Positions 24,426 to 38,488 of a stretch of 64,000 nt of DNA are shown here, piece after piece. A model generated the notes under the pieces. It saw only the letters and a program-made list of their open reading frames with translations, searched no databases and was not told where the DNA came from. The DNA comes from Takakia lepidozioides (Eukaryota > Plantae > Bryophyta). The stretch is taken from assembly GCA_030704615.1 (NCBI GenBank), contig CM060733.1:68076001-68140000 (forward strand). The letters are read 5' to 3'. A program made the position numbers and the translations under genes. Every line of letters starts with the position of its first letter. The first letter of the stretch is position 1.

Positions 24426-25157
24426 TGTCGCGGCCCTTTGCCTTGAGGGCAGGGGGTCGGGACACATGAGGGGCTGCCCCTATGGTGGGTGGGGCAGCGG
24501 CAGCGATAGGTATGGGGGGGGCTGAAGCACCCTTGAGTGCCCAAAGCACTCAAGGAGGCGGAGGCACTCACTAGGTGGAGCCCCGCACACCGGGTTGCGG
24601 TGGGGGGGTGGCTCCACAAGGGGTGGTGGTAGCTTAGCGGGACTTAGTGGGGGTGGCATAGGACTCACCATGGGGTGGAGACCTCGAGGTGGGAGTCGTG
24701 GGGAGTCTTGGGACTCGTCACGGTCCATTGGGGCCGCGGTGAGTGGGCCAAGACTCACCGCGACTCACCACCGGGAATCGAGGGTCTTCGTGGTGGTTCG
24801 CCATAAAATGGCATGGCTGGTTGTGGAACCCCCGCGGACAGCTACAGAACTATATATAGGGAGTAGTAACCCCGAGAACGGTGCAAGCCCGTTGGTGTCC
24901 AAAAACTAGTGAGTAAGCGAGCGAGCCGGAAAGCGACCAAAGAGTGGGGAGCTGTTCCGGACTGCCATCTACCAAAGGGAATTCTCCTAGTCCCAAATAG
25001 GTGGAGGGTCGAGAGGGAAGTGAAGGGGGACCGTTATGTCCCGGTGAGCAGCCGAAGCTCCAAGTTGGCCCGGGCGGCCAGGTTGGGAGTCAGGCGCGCG
25101 CATCAAAGCGAGTAACTATGACTTGAAGGGGAGCTTATCGAAGTGAGGTGCGCGACA
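24426..25157 (+). mobile_element. Solo LTR (732 bp)
   Basis: TGTCGCG...CGCGACA termini and a 5-bp TSD GGGAG on both sides. Same family as the LTRs at 48372-49100 and 50314-50698. Confidence 0.93.
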
Positions 25158-26899
25158 GGGAGAGGGAGTCTTCCTTTGTGTCTCTGGAGCTCTCTTGGAT
25201 TTTTTGCATCCATAACCATAACCGTAACAGTTTTGGACGGGCTCAATGGCATCCCAAGAATATGTACAGGGTTAGGGTTTCAAATCTTCATCTGATTTTT
25301 GTTACGTCTCTTGCTTCTTGGTTGAACAGTGTTGTGTCTGTCTTCGCAGCCTACTTTCTTTGTGGGATTGTTGGTTATGGAAACCATGGTTGATGGTTTA
25401 GGGTGTCAGATATTGCGTCAAGGAGGGAGTCTGGTGAGTGTAAGTTTGTAGGGTTTGCTACCAATGTGTGAAGAATGAGTTTATGCCAAAGAACTCTTGC
25501 AAGCCGCCGCATGCAACGAGGAACGATGTTTGTATCTCGGTGACTATCTCCTCAAGTTGGCGCGATAGGAAGGCTCCCACTAAACAAGGAAGTCTTGAAC
25601 CATCTGTCTCGATTAAAACATTCGCCGCCAACTCGGGCATTGTTGCTGATACATACTCGTAGGTCTGCGGCGTTACAGGAAGCTTCCGATGCTGCTCAGG
25701 GAGCAATACCTTTTCAAGACCGGCCTTATTTTGGGGGAGCTCAGGTAGCTGTGGGAGCAGCATGTACCTAATCCAAGCTTCGGAACGATCTTTGCGGTAA
25801 CCTGCTTGAGATGTATCACAAACAACAGCAACAAAATGACTCAGAATAACAATAGAAGTGGATGCAAGGACGGCAAGCACTCACAAGTGAACGACCAAAA
25901 TGACGGTCAACTACCAGAATATCAAGGCAGAAGTTACCACGATCCGGTGACAAACGAACCCCTCACTATCAACAAACTCAGGCCACAGGACCCTAAGAAT
26001 CTCAAACCACCACAAGGCAACTTGTTACTCTAGCTAATCATTGTCCAGACAAACTCCAGAAACAAAACCTAAGTATCAAGAACTCCACAAATACTCGATG
26101 CAACAAATAAAGACAACCCTAGGCACTCATGAGAAATGAGGGGTTTGAACGATACTACTCATATTTGCAGCCACGCATCAAACAAACCCTAGCTATGAAA
26201 AGAATCAAGAAAAGATCCCAGCATCAGCAACCTAGGTGCAAAGAATCTTGTCTAACCGTTTTAACTAACAGTCCTGGCTCTTGTCAGTGCGAACGTTCAT
26301 GTCTGCACCGCAAATACTGGTTGATCCACCCTCAAGAGAAACTGTCAGGAGATGTTATTTCGTCGCCGAATCGGCCATCATTGTCATACTTAGTGGATAT
26401 GGAATCACACCTCCCACCTTCATGTATGTAGCTTGAAACAATACTTTCCACTTCAATGTGCGACTTCCAATCGTCGATGGACTCCGCAGATCCACTTAGA
26501 TGGTGCCTGTGAGCCTTGGTATGTCGCTATACTGAACCTCGCACTTGCCAATTTCGTGCGGTGTTCGATGGCTCCGAATTCCTACGCTATAGTTTGCTGT
26601 CCTCCGCAACTTGGGAGAGCCTGGATCCCAAACGAGGGAGGACTTTGCAGAGTGACTGAAACTTACCTTTGTTCTTAATTCAAGCTCAAACCGGGCACAG
26701 TTTATTTAGAAGAAGAAAGGAAGGATGTTCCTGGACAAGTTGACGAGACCATTGTCGTGCTAGGTGACAACGGAGGTTGCGAAATCGAATGGCACGTACC
26801 TCCATCAGACACCATCCTGTACCGAGCTGTGGGAATGCCCATTCCCTTTCCGAATCAGTCGCTGCCCACACCATCCACAAAGGAGTCGGGAAACCGACA

Positions 26900-28062
26900 G
26901 GCGGCCACTGCCAACAGAGGTATGCAACGATAATTATTCCCGACCTGGACCGTCAAGACCCTCCATAGCTTCTCGTGTGGACGTATTCGACATTTCCGAC
27001 GAGGAAGATGAGTGCATTGAGGTCCCCATGTCCTCCACACGGTCGTTCAAATCCGACATGGACGTCTCTGCAGGTGCTACGCATGTACCCTCGAGCATAA
27101 CTCCAACCCGGTCCATTGTGCAGCTCTTACGGCAATATCACCTCGATGGTTCTCGCTCCGAGCTGGCTGCTCTCGACTATGCCAAATTTCCAGTCAGGAA
27201 GATAACGTATCTGCCTCCCAAAGTCGATGGCAATGTCATCTTCAAGTTTCCACCTTCGTCAAACAAAGCCTCAGGGATGTTAATAGACATGGATCGAAAG
27301 CATGACGGACACCCCTGGTGTGTGGCGAAGACCAGTAGCACGAAAATTGCTGATGGTGTTCGTGTACGATACGTCCTCTGTGCGGGGAAGCTGAGGTGCC
27401 TCAATCCCGCCTGCTTCCACTGTCTCTCCAAAGGAGGGCGGAAAAACGAGACGGATTGGACTGGCACAACCCATCATCCATTCATTGTCTCCAGCCAAGC
27501 TCCTGTAGGTACTTTCAAGTGCGCACATTGCAAAGAACCACCGACGTGCATGTCCATGTGCAGAGCCAAGCAATATTACGTAATCCATTTGCTCCCGGAC
27601 TTGACTAGAGCTTGCATACACGTTGGGGTCCACTGCCACCCCTTGGCGAGAGGCAACATGCGTGAGGCTGTGCAAGAAGCACACGACATCATAAAAGAGG
27701 AGGTAAAATTGAGCCTCGGAGCCAGACCAAAGCAGATTCAGCTGAAGGCAGCCCACAAGATTGCTCTTGGCAAAATCATGTCTGAAGATGGTTCAGACCG
27801 AGTGCCCTTGAACGAAGAGGAGATGCTTGACTTGTTGGAGTCCGTCTCGCACGTTTGTAGTCTGAATGTGCGGAATCACATCGTATCTTGCAAGCAGGAG
27901 TTCAACCGGGGGTCGGACATGCACTCAATCCTGGAGGTGAAACGAATGACTGGATATGACTACATCCAAGGTAGCAGGTTTTCAGGGCAAGGTAGCGAAT
28001 CCGATCGTTGTTACATTTTTAAAATGTCGACGTGTGGGCCTGGGAGTGGAGTCGACTTGGTC
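26900..28062 (+). pseudogene. N-terminal fragment of a GCM-finger MULE-like transposase (paralogue of 51472-53899)
   Basis: HDGHPWC..KTSS...VRVRYVLCAG.L.C....C...FKCAHC...C...C...TRACIH.G.H.HP, then FIFKMSTCGPG.GVDLV, where it breaks. Confidence 0.8.
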
Positions 28063-28539
28063 AGCAGTTCCACCAGGTTGATGTCCAGAAGGACAGGTAC
28101 ATCTTTGAGTTGTAGTAAACCATCACAGTACGGGACAATGAACTTTCTGTGAGTGAAAAAGCTTGGAAAGAAGCCAACAATCTGTCAGCTACCTATGCAG
28201 CTCTGGTTGAGCTTCATGCGAAGCGCATGGAGAGTTTACAACAGCAGTTGGAAGCATACCGGTTCAAGGAGGAGCAGGATCTCCGTGGTGTTACACAAGA
28301 CTTGGTGGATAATCATCTTTTGCAAGAGTGGGTAACACAAGGGCCAGCGGAAGGGAAAGCACCAAGAAAGCTCACCCAAGACGAGATGAATGATTATCTT
28401 CTTCTCCAACATCCGCATCTGATGGAGCCTCATCGTATAGGATCCGGGATGCATTGTCCGGGGCGTCATCATTCTCTTGTACCCTCTCTATCCAACCTCG
28501 GCCAACATCAGCGTCATCATGACCAGTCTCTTCCTCCTC

Positions 28540-29030
28540 TGCTTCCTCCCTCCTTCTTTGACATCCAAGTGCACTTGGTAGTGCACTTAGTGGAAGAGGC
28601 TTCAATTGCCGGCCCCGTTCATTCTCGGTGGATATACTACCTTGAGCGATACATGAAGACTTTGAAAGCACATGTAAGACAAATGGCACACCCGGAGGGC
28701 AGCATGGCGGAGGGGTATACATTGCAAGAGGCTATGTTCTACTGCATAGAGTACTTGGCAATGGTAGATAAGGAAGCCCTTCCGATGTGGAAGGAAGATA
28801 AGGATGTACGAACCAATGACATCGTTTTGCCCAAAAATTCAAAGAGGGTAAAATTACCCATCATGGTGATTAACCAAGTGCATGAGTTCATACTGAAGAA
28901 CACCCCATCCATACATAAGTGGGCGGCAAGATACAATAACCTTGTTCAGCAACGACAGGAGGAGACGGTTGCGTGGAGGCGGAACCATGCAAGGGCGACT
29001 ACACGCGCTCCGCGAACAAGGGCCGTCGTA
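28540..29030 (+). pseudogene. CACTA/En-Spm transposase fragment (DUF4218-like)
   Basis: LPPSFFDIQVHLVVHLVEEA..AGPVHSRW.Y..ERYMKTLK.HVRQ.AHPEGSMAEGY. Confidence 0.88.
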
Positions 29031-30301
29031 GGAATGTGTCTTCACAAGATTTGCCCATGGAATTGCAGCCTCTAAGTTCATTCCGCCTTTTTTCCAAGTC
29101 CGCCAACCGTCCTGATGTTGCCATGCTATGCGGAGGCTGCAGCCAGAGAGTTTAGTCTGCAGACATCTCTCTCTCCTCTGCTTTGCCACCGTAAGGCAAA
29201 TGTGCACAACAGAACTAGGATCTATATAGATAGTAGTGCTTCAGAATCGGATGCAAACTCCAGTTCCAGTGGATAGTCTTATTCCAAATAACTCACCGTG
29301 TTTCAAAATATCTATCAATGAGTCTGTGACGGGGTTGTTTGCTCTTTGTCCAGTGTCTGCCTCTCTTTCAGTTCTTCTCTCCATAACTCTTTTCATCCAT
29401 ATAACTCCTTACAACCACATTCACAACTCCATTCATTCATTTTTCATGTGCCGATTTTTCATTTTTCATTCCTTCATCCAGTCTTTGTCCATCCTCTCAT
29501 CCATTGTTCATCCATCGCTCTGCATTATGTCCATCCAAAATTCATCTTGCATTCATCCATTCATCAATTATTCATCCACCATTCATCCAATATCCAACAA
29601 ACATTCATCCAACACTCATCCAAGTACGCACAATATGTATTCTAGAAAATTCTGCACCACTAGGTTGTATGCACTCAGTCCCGCGGAAATAGGTCTCCCG
29701 GGGCTTCTTCATCCGCGGTTGTAGGCCCATGCACCCTATTACGTGAGCATCTTCCCGCTCATGGATTAGCATCTTCCCGCTCACAGACTAGCATTCGCCA
29801 CCGGGGCACCATTTGTCCCTCTTGCACTGACTACACCATTCTCTAGAGGCAGCTGTGGGTGCACTTGATCTTGTTCCTTGTTATCCTCACGCACAACTTC
29901 TAAACCAGGAGTGTTGATAGGACAGTCATTGGCTTGTGGGCATGTCACACCTCTGTCATCTTCACTGACTAACCCTGCACTGGAGTTCATTGCTCCACAG
30001 CTTGCACTGTGTTCAACAGTTTCTTGAGAAACCCCCCCACTTCTTGAGCAGCTACCCCCTGTGGTCCCGCATGCAGAGAATAAGATGTTTCACCTTCAGC
30101 ATCATTTACCGATCATTGAAGCTTCCTGGACTATATGATGGCAAAGTCATGATGCGATGGATGTACTTCTTGCATTCATGGGGCATGCATGATGGATGCG
30201 TGCAATAAGGTAGTGGTATCTAGAGGTGTGCATTTAACCAGTGTGCACTGCTCAAAGGGTGCAGTGTCTCAAAAATTACATGAGCAGAATAGCAAATGAA
30301 G

Positions 30302-30852
30302 GGGGGCTGAAAATCCATGAGCAGTGAGCAGTGAGCAGGTTTTGCCGAACGTCACCGAACCGCCCGGACTTGTTTGCTGAACCACTTCCAGATTCGAGAT
30401 AGGTTCGAGATAGGTTCGGGATAGGTTCGGTTTATAAAATATTCCCATTTTGGATTCTAAATGAGATTTTTACTAAATTTATATTGCATATAACCCCTCA
30501 AATGTTGAAGGTTCGGCACCGAACACCATTTCATACACTAAAAATAAAAATAAAAATAAAAAAAATAAAAAAAAAAAAAAAAACTGTTTCTTAGAAAACG
30601 TAGGTGCCGGCACTGTTCGCCGCCGAACAGTGCCATAGGTTCGAAAGTGGTCCGAACTGGTTCGGCATAGGTTCGGCACAGGTTTGAAAGAATATTCCTC
30701 GACAAAATATTCCTCCATATAGGCTCTGCACTGGTTCAGAAGAATATTCTTTGGATATTTGATATATTCCGTGAATATTCTCTTAAGTTCGGCATTGTTC
30801 GGCAAAACCTGCTCACTGCTCATGGAGTTCTGCACATGGAAAACTCAACCTC
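30302..30852. mobile_element. Mutator-family MITE
   Basis: Imperfect TIRs GGGGGCTGAAAATCCATG / CATGGAAAACTCAACCTC, 9-bp TSD CAAATGAAG, and internal GGTTCG/CGAACC repeats. Confidence 0.88.
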
Positions 30853-32298
30853 CAAATGAAGCAACAATTACGTGTGCAAAACACATAATTTTCCAATCAC
30901 GGATGTATTACATATGAATTATCAAAGTCAAACTATATACTATCCCACTTTTGCTTAGTAGGTCCCTCCTCTAATGCCATATATTCATCCCTGATATGTG
31001 CTTAAAGGTGCTTAAATGCACAAAGTGTGCACCTACACCTTTATCAAAGAATTACCAAAACCAGGCCATGTGTAGGCCCAGAAGTCCGTGCCTCCAAACG
31101 CGGAATTCGGCGCATCTACCGATGGAAAGACCCATAGCTTTCCTTGCATGGATGATGACTTGGGCAAAATCTGACCATACACGGAGAAGTAGGCCCCCTA
31201 AGTCCGCCCTGAGTTGACCTACATCTCCTAAGACACGGCCATCCCAAAACCCTAAACTAGCCGACCTCGTGGAGAGAGCTGGAACACTCGACGGCTCCTT
31301 CATTTCCCATTCTCCCGTAAACTGAAGCATGATAAAAGTGTGCACCGTAGTAGTATCTAAAGTGAGCGATGCATCCCATTTGCATTCATGCTTGGCTGTT
31401 GTATTAACCGGCCATTGTCCCGAAATACCTGCCTCCACTTTCAAAAACGAATGGGGAATTTGAAATGAGAATCACTAGGTGGCTGTGTAGTTAGCTTCAC
31501 TAACCCACCATTAATTAAGCTCCTCGTACTCCCAAAACACTCCATGCTGTACCTAATCCAAAGCAGTAATTAACCTTGAACTGCCTCCATGGCAAGAGTG
31601 CACAGTACTGGGATGAAAGCAGTGACTTCATTCATCAGAAATAGGGGACAGATAAAGGCAACGCACACTTCTAGATGCCACTACCTTACAGTAATACTGA
31701 GTTTATCAATGTGTGGCAGTATTTTGGCGAGCAATGGACCTGGTGGGGGGCGGCCGAGGCGCTGCTGGGGGGGGGGGGGGGGGAAACAGAAAGGCGGGGG
31801 TAGGGGGTGGGGAGAGAAAGGCGGGGGTAGGGCCACGCAGGCAGGCCCGCTGAGGCAGCATTGAACTCCCGGGCCTCTTTTATCACTTGCCATCTATCAT
31901 CCCTTTCCTTTAGGAATATATATATATATATATAGATGGTAACAACGAAACCGGTCCAGCTCAACACAGGCTTCACTGGAAATCATGCACGGTCTTTTTA
32001 CTGGTCAACATGGAAAGAGGGTGCATTTTTGCCTGCTACAAAGGTGGGACATGCATCCCGTTTAGCCTCGTGGGTGTGATGTGCAGCCTGGTGATGGGTT
32101 GGATCTGCTGCGGACATGTAGGCTATAATAATAGATGAACAATGTGGATTGTGCTATTGCGATGTTGACTGAGAGTTCGAAAGTCGTGATCCACCACCGA
32201 CTTGTTGTCATAAGTTCCTTCTCACTTTTCTTCTGACGTGCTGATTTGCAGGGAGAGAGAGAGAGAGAGAGATCCAGCAATTCAGGAGCGCGGAAGCC

Positions 32299-35200
32299 AT
32301 GGGTGCCCAGCCGGGACTCTCAAAAGAAGAGAAGGCCTTCTATGATTCGGAAGGTAAGTTCGCGTATGACATCGTCGGTCAGATATTCGATTTTGAGAGC
32401 GGGACTGTCTCTCTGTGTATTAGGATGCGAGGTGCTCGTGACTGGAAGCTTCTCCCGAACGTAGAGATGACAGTAAGTAGCACACTATCTGGGAATTCGT
32501 GCTGACACTAAATTGCGAAGGCACGGATGACTAGCAAGGTGTTTTGTACAGAAGTGAGGATGTCTCAGGATAGAAGGACTCAATGGTGAGTAGTCGATCT
32601 GCGTGTGGCCCTCTCAAATCAATCATGGAGTGGCAAGCAGCCTAATTGCTTGGATTGGGATTCGGAAGTAGCCCAGCGGATTCTGAACGAGGGATGTGTG
32701 AGTGGAAGCTTCGCAGAGAATCAATGCGGGCGGTAGGGGGAGGGTGCAGGATATCTGGTTGTGCCAGAGTTCGCGAGTGGTGAGGAGCGCTCTGGGCTGA
32801 TAAGGCGCATGGAGCAGCTCGTGGACGGTTTTGATCCTTCCACAATCTCCTTATTTTCGACCAAGAATCAGGTGCCCACCTGCCTGTGCCGTCAGCTGCT
32901 AGGCATAGTGTAGATGGTCTTCTCAGTCGCATGGGGATCGAAGGAACATAAATTTGGTCCATCACAATCGTCAATGCTTTGGCACACCAAGATGGTATCA
33001 TCTCTGTGTTAGCGTTTCCAGAATGGACTGGCAACATTGGCTTCTTTTGAAGATGGTGCCATCAACCACCCGAAGTGAATGGGCGCACATGGTCTGGTGA
33101 GGCTGACTCCTGTGTGTGAATTGTGCTTTCAGAAGCAGCACACGGACACATACTTTTATGACAGTGCAAATAACATCTCCTTCTTCTTTGAAGGTACAAT
33201 TCAGTTCGGTCAAACATCCACTCATACTTGATGCCCAGTAACACTTGTTCTTGGTGGTTCCATGCTGTGTAGCGAGATTCAGGAGTAGAGATAACACATC
33301 CATTAGTTCTTTGGAAAGGTGGGGGAATTCTGGGGTACAATATCTACTTTTTCACTGTTTCTGTGTCGCTTTTTCACGGTAGTGTTCTCCCATGGAATAG
33401 GTTTTTTACGAGTATACCTTTTTGGAGGATAGGGAATTGGTTCCACCAGGACAGGGAGGCACTTACTCTGCTGTTGGGGTTGCCCAGAGAAAGGATTTGA
33501 TGCGGAAGGAGCACTGAAGCAGCCCAAGGCTGTGTCCATCAACAAAGTTGGTCATGGTATGTTGGTTCACTTGTTTACCTACTTAATTCCACAATAGGCT
33601 TGGATCTACGTGTCAAACGAACTGAGAGTGACACCAGATATATTAAGCTATTATAAAAGCTCTGAAAGGCAAGAAAAACCTGTTCAATATATATGTTGAA
33701 TATTGGTGGAGTGGGGGTAACTCAATCACAACGATGCTCACGTATATTGGACTTGCAAAAGCCGGTTGGATCTTGTTCAATGTGGGTTTGGCAGGTTGGA
33801 TAGCACAGTGGAGGGATGATGATGAGGGCATTGTGGGTGGGTGATTCAGCCCTCCATGACTTGGACCCAGATTTTCGTAGATTTTCCCGATCAGAGAAGT
33901 TTTCAGCTCTGATGGCTTCCCTCAACTACAAGAGGCCTGCACCTGTTCAGTCAATGTACATATTTAAGGTGTTTTAGTCCCCAAGCTCCCTTTCTATCTA
34001 AAATATGTTTGAATTCATTGCACGACCTTCCATTTCGTTTTGCATTGTTTACATGGAGACAGCTCACTGTTGTTCGCTTCCAGTAGTTGGATATGAAGAG
34101 GCTGCATTTCAGACAGAAGCTATACATATTCCGAGCAAAAGTTTCTGTTTGGAGTGAAATGAACTTGGTCATCCCAACAGGGCTTTGAAGCAGTTGGCAG
34201 AGGGACATTATTGGAAGATTACTGTTAACAAGCTGGAACCCGAGGTTTACAGTATGATGGGTGCAGAGGATGTATGCTGGATAATATCTACCATATTGGC
34301 TAGCATTATGCACAGAAGCACCGACCAGAATAAATTGATTTTCCAAAGGATCTAGGAATCAGGAAATATAGATTTAAAAGAAAAATAGAATCTCTTGGCT
34401 TGAGAGCGCGCATGTGGATAGGTACTGAAGGAGTTTGGATTGTGCTGGTGCAGCAACCTGGCATAGGCGGGGAGGTAGTGCCACATCAGGACAACTCATT
34501 TTTGTACACAGACCCAACTTCCTGTACAGGTTTGTGGTTAGCACTGGAGGATGCCACCATCCAGAACGGCTGCCTCTGGGTTCTGCCCAAATCACACAAA
34601 GGTCTTGCCTACCCCCTTGAAGGCTACATTCTGGGAGTGGGTGGATGCCTATGCAAAAGCCTCTGGCTTGTCCTGATTGTCTTATGCCATTGCAAGCTTT
34701 TTTGCCAGGGAGGTGGATAATGATGTGATTCAACTTTCTGGCAGGAGGACTTGCCAGGAGATTTTTAAGGGAGCCTAACAGTGTGAAGTTTGACAAAGAA
34801 CCTGGCACTTATGACTTAACTGCCTTTGTGCCAGTGGAAGTCAAGGCAGGGTCACTCGTCATTATCCATGGGGACCTTGTCCATCAAAGGTGTAAGCCCA
34901 CAGTCTCTTTCACTCTTTCACTCGTGTCTTCTCTTCCCTGTGCTCCTTTGAGCTCAGCTAGCTTTGCAAGTCCATTTAAATATTAGATTGACCTTAATAT
35001 GCAGCATTGACATGCAAAGATTGTGCTTGTGCTTGCATGTAACCAGCTATGAAAACACATCACCCAAGTCACGGCAAGCCTACAGTGTGCATGTTGTGGA
35101 GACAGTTGGTTGTTCTTGGGCCCAAAATAACTGGTGAGTGTAGATGTTAGTGTCAATGTGTGTGTATTTACTTTTGTCAGTCAAAGCGGAGTTCTTGGTT

Positions 35201-35471
35201 ACATGCATTAGTGTTAAAAGTTATGTGCATCTTGCATCATCTTTGTAATCCGATAAGAAAAGGTGTAGGTGCGTTCGTATACACCAGTGTATGTCTGTTT
35301 AATGTTTTTGGCCCTTCATTTGGGTGTCCAAGAGAGTTGGTATTATTTCATAAAAGGTTGATAGCAATCACGTCACCCTCCTGTTGGGTGTGGTTCAGGC
35401 TGCAACGGGATCCAGGTTTCCCAGTGGAGCCTTTATTTTGGGAAAAGGTGCAACCAGAAGCAGCTGCTTGA
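32299..35471 (+). CDS. Phytanoyl-CoA dioxygenase family protein (PhyH/PHYHD1-like 2OG-Fe(II) dioxygenase), 9 exons
   Basis: GT-AG exons at approx. 32299-32353, 32750-32871, 33133-33193, 33488-33557, 33850-33968, 34454-34601, 34746-34889, 35048-35133 and 35399-35471. They give [98 protein letters not shown] and NWLQR. HxD...H triad intact. Confidence 0.93.
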
Positions 35472-37352
35472 AAGATTCACGTTCAAACTTAACTTTCAAT
35501 AATTGAATATATTTCCTTATGCCCAGTACAAAGTGGCCACTGGTTGATTGAATAGTACAGGCCTGTCTGAATCTAAGGCAATATTTATTTCACTTGGGCG
35601 GCTTGGTTAAAGTACTTGCTACCTGTCAACTCCTCCATTCAAAAGCCCCTCCCGGCCTGAGTGTTTGAAGCCTGTAAGCTTGCCCATACACTCCGGTAAC
35701 CCGCCATTGTGTTGCTACCGATATCACGAGAAGCATACAAGAGCAGTGTTTCCAACTTGGTGAGTTGAGCGGTACACTGGTAAAGCTCACAACACCCTCA
35801 CATCCCCTCAAGATGCACACCAGGAGCAATTGCATAACCGGCTTGCTCTTTTGAACTCCACTTTCCCGAATGTTCCCAGCAGCAATTTTCGAGTCTTTGA
35901 GCCAGGCTAACCACTTTTTCCAACAGGTAGCTTGGCTTGCTCTTTTGAACTCCACTTTCCCAAACGTTCCCAGCAGCAATTTTCGAGTCTTTGAGCCAGG
36001 CTAGCCACTTTTTTCAACAGGTAGCTTACTGAACGTAATGTCCTCCTAGTGTGGCATGTGCCATTGAGCACATGTGTACCAAAAGAACAATGAAGGGCCA
36101 ATATTCCAGAAAAACCCAATTTGCTATTTTTATGAATTTTCAGTGACAAAAAATGCTTGAAATTCAATATCTCCCGGAGGTCCAAAAATTAAAAATTATG
36201 AAATCGCCTCAATGCACCCCTTACTCATGGAGGGCTTTCCAGTATCAAGACCCTGGGCGGCGACTTTGCGGTTCGGAAGGTCTCAACGACCAAACAAAAC
36301 AAAACAAAACAACACAAATGCATGTAATCCATGCAAGCCCTGCCATACAGTTTGTGACTTGTGACGGATGTCCTGATGGTTGAGTTGAAGTTATGGAGCC
36401 TTCTTGTTCTTTCCAATCACTTAATGCAGAAATTGCCCCAAGAAAAATACCTTTATTCTCTCTTTCTCTGTTCTTTTCGCTTCTTCTTTTCCTGCCCTCT
36501 TTACTATGAGATCCATGGGAGACTCAACCGTTTTCACAGAAGTCTTCTTTTTTCTTTTTCTTTTCTTTTTCTTTAAAAAAAAAAAAACGGAGCCTTGATA
36601 CTAAAATTAAAGGACGAGGAAAAATTAACCTCGCGGAGGCCCAAAAGGCAAAACAATCGTGGGGAACCTCCAAGATCAACACAACGGGTAGCAAAAGAAC
36701 CAGCCATGGTCACCAAAAGGAATTCAGCTACCAAGAACCAAGCGACCAGGAACAGACAGCTCATAAATCTAGGACTAAGATCCGCCATCTATGGATCCTC
36801 ACTAAGAAACATCAATGCAAGTAAGAGAATACAAGAAACTAGCGCTTGGATCTAAGAGGTTCAAAATTGAGGTGAGCCTTGATTTTGGAGTTTATATTCT
36901 TCCTATGCTTCCAGATAATGTCGTCCTCCAACTGCACAAGAGAAGGTCAGGGGCTAGACGGGCCATCATGGATTGGGGATGGCAAAGTGGAAAGAGCAGC
37001 ATTCTCCATCTCTCGAGCAGATGATGTCGCGCCATCTCCAAGTGTCATCGAATTCTTGAAATAGCTTGGTCCGTTTTACTCCAGAACATCTGCAAAATAT
37101 AGCGGTCAACAAACAACCCCAAGCCTTAAATCTCCCCTCAACCAACAGATCAAAGCAGATCCTCCTGAGCACCGTCCTAAGAGAAGACCAGACTGGGCAT
37201 CTGTGCTAGACTTTTCTAGCCTATAGGTTCAGCAAGTGAATGGAGATGGAGTTAGGAGTGATTTCCAGGGAGCATAGAAGGCTCGAATCCTGGACCAAAT
37301 CGCTTCAGCTAGGCAGCAGTAGAAGAAGCCATGCTCCAAAGTTTCAACCAAG

Positions 37353-37815
37353 GAGGTTGAGTTTTTCATGAGCAGAGTTCCATTAGCAGAGGTATATTCA
37401 AAAGTACATTCTCACGAATATCCTGGGAATATTCTTCCAAACCTGTGCCGAGCCTATGCCGAACCAGTTCGGACCACTACCGAACCTATGGCACTGTTCA
37501 GGGCTGAACAGTGCGGGCACCTACATTTTTTAAGAAAAAGTTTTTCTTAAAATAAAATAAAATAATTTTTATTATTAATGTATGAAATGGGGTTCAGCGC
37601 CGAACCTGCAAAAAAAATTCCAGTAAAAATCTCATTTTTTTTAAGTCAATGTCATGGATTTGTTTTACCTCTACAATATTTTCAATCCAAAATGGGAATC
37701 CATAAACCGAACCTATCCCTAATCCCGATCCTATCCCCAACCTAGAAGTGGTTCGGCAAACAGGTCCGTCTCTCTGCTCACTGCTCATTGTCACTCCTCA
37801 TGGATTTTAGCCCCC
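37353..37815. mobile_element. Mutator-family MITE, inverted relative of 30302-30852
   Basis: Termini GAGGTTGAGTTTTTCATGAG ... CTCATGGATTTTAGCCCCC with TSD CAACCAAG. Confidence 0.87.
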
Positions 37816-38488
37816 CAACCAAGTTAAGACTACACAACTTACAGCAAAGAGGTTGGTCAGAGATGAAGGCCCCGAAGGGCAAAATCTTATGAGTAAGCCT
37901 CCGCAGAAATCCAGAGAGCTGTTTAGCAGAACGGTGCTTAGACCAGACATCTTTCCACACCGCAGTCCAGTCAGTACCAGCAACCAGAGTTCCAGCCCAT
38001 TTCTTATCCCTTTACGAGGAAAAGGGTTGGTAGGGTGAATAAGAGAGTAGCCAAGCTTGGCAGAGTAAGCAAAGAAATGATCTTTATTCTTGGAGAGCCA
38101 TCTCCATTCGCCAGGGTCAAAAGGCAACTCTAGGAGGGGCAATCCCTGAAACCACAGAAGATCAATTGCCAATCCCACCATCCCACCATTGGTGGCTTTG
38201 GGTTTGTACAACCATAAATGGAATCAACCACCCTAATCCCAAAGAGAAGACTTTCAGGATAGATGATGTGGCAGGAAGAGGGGACAGCCTGCCCTGAGAT
38301 AAGGTGAAACCAATACCTATGCAAGAGCCAAGAGAGACAAAAAGAACATACATAACCTGGAAAGAAGAGGGGATGCTACATCCTTGCCACAAAGTACAGT
38401 ATGTGACATTGCTCATAAAGGCAATCCACGAAGGAGGGATTTATGACAGAATGCAGGAGCCCGGGAAGCAAGCCCTGGTGTTTCCACC

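Noticed and set aside
24371-25115. Several 60-110 aa GC-rich ORFs (also at 48383-49263 and 50300-50761)
   Set aside because: They lie within LTR sequence and are chance ORFs of GC-rich DNA.
29236-29724. 162-aa S/I/H-rich ORF (similar one at 18402-18650)
   Set aside because: Translation of low-complexity CATC/ATTC repeats.
30302-37815. Inverted MITE pair flanking the PhyH gene as a composite transposon
   Set aside because: Each MITE has its own distinct TSD (CAAATGAAG; CAACCAAG), so they are independent insertions.
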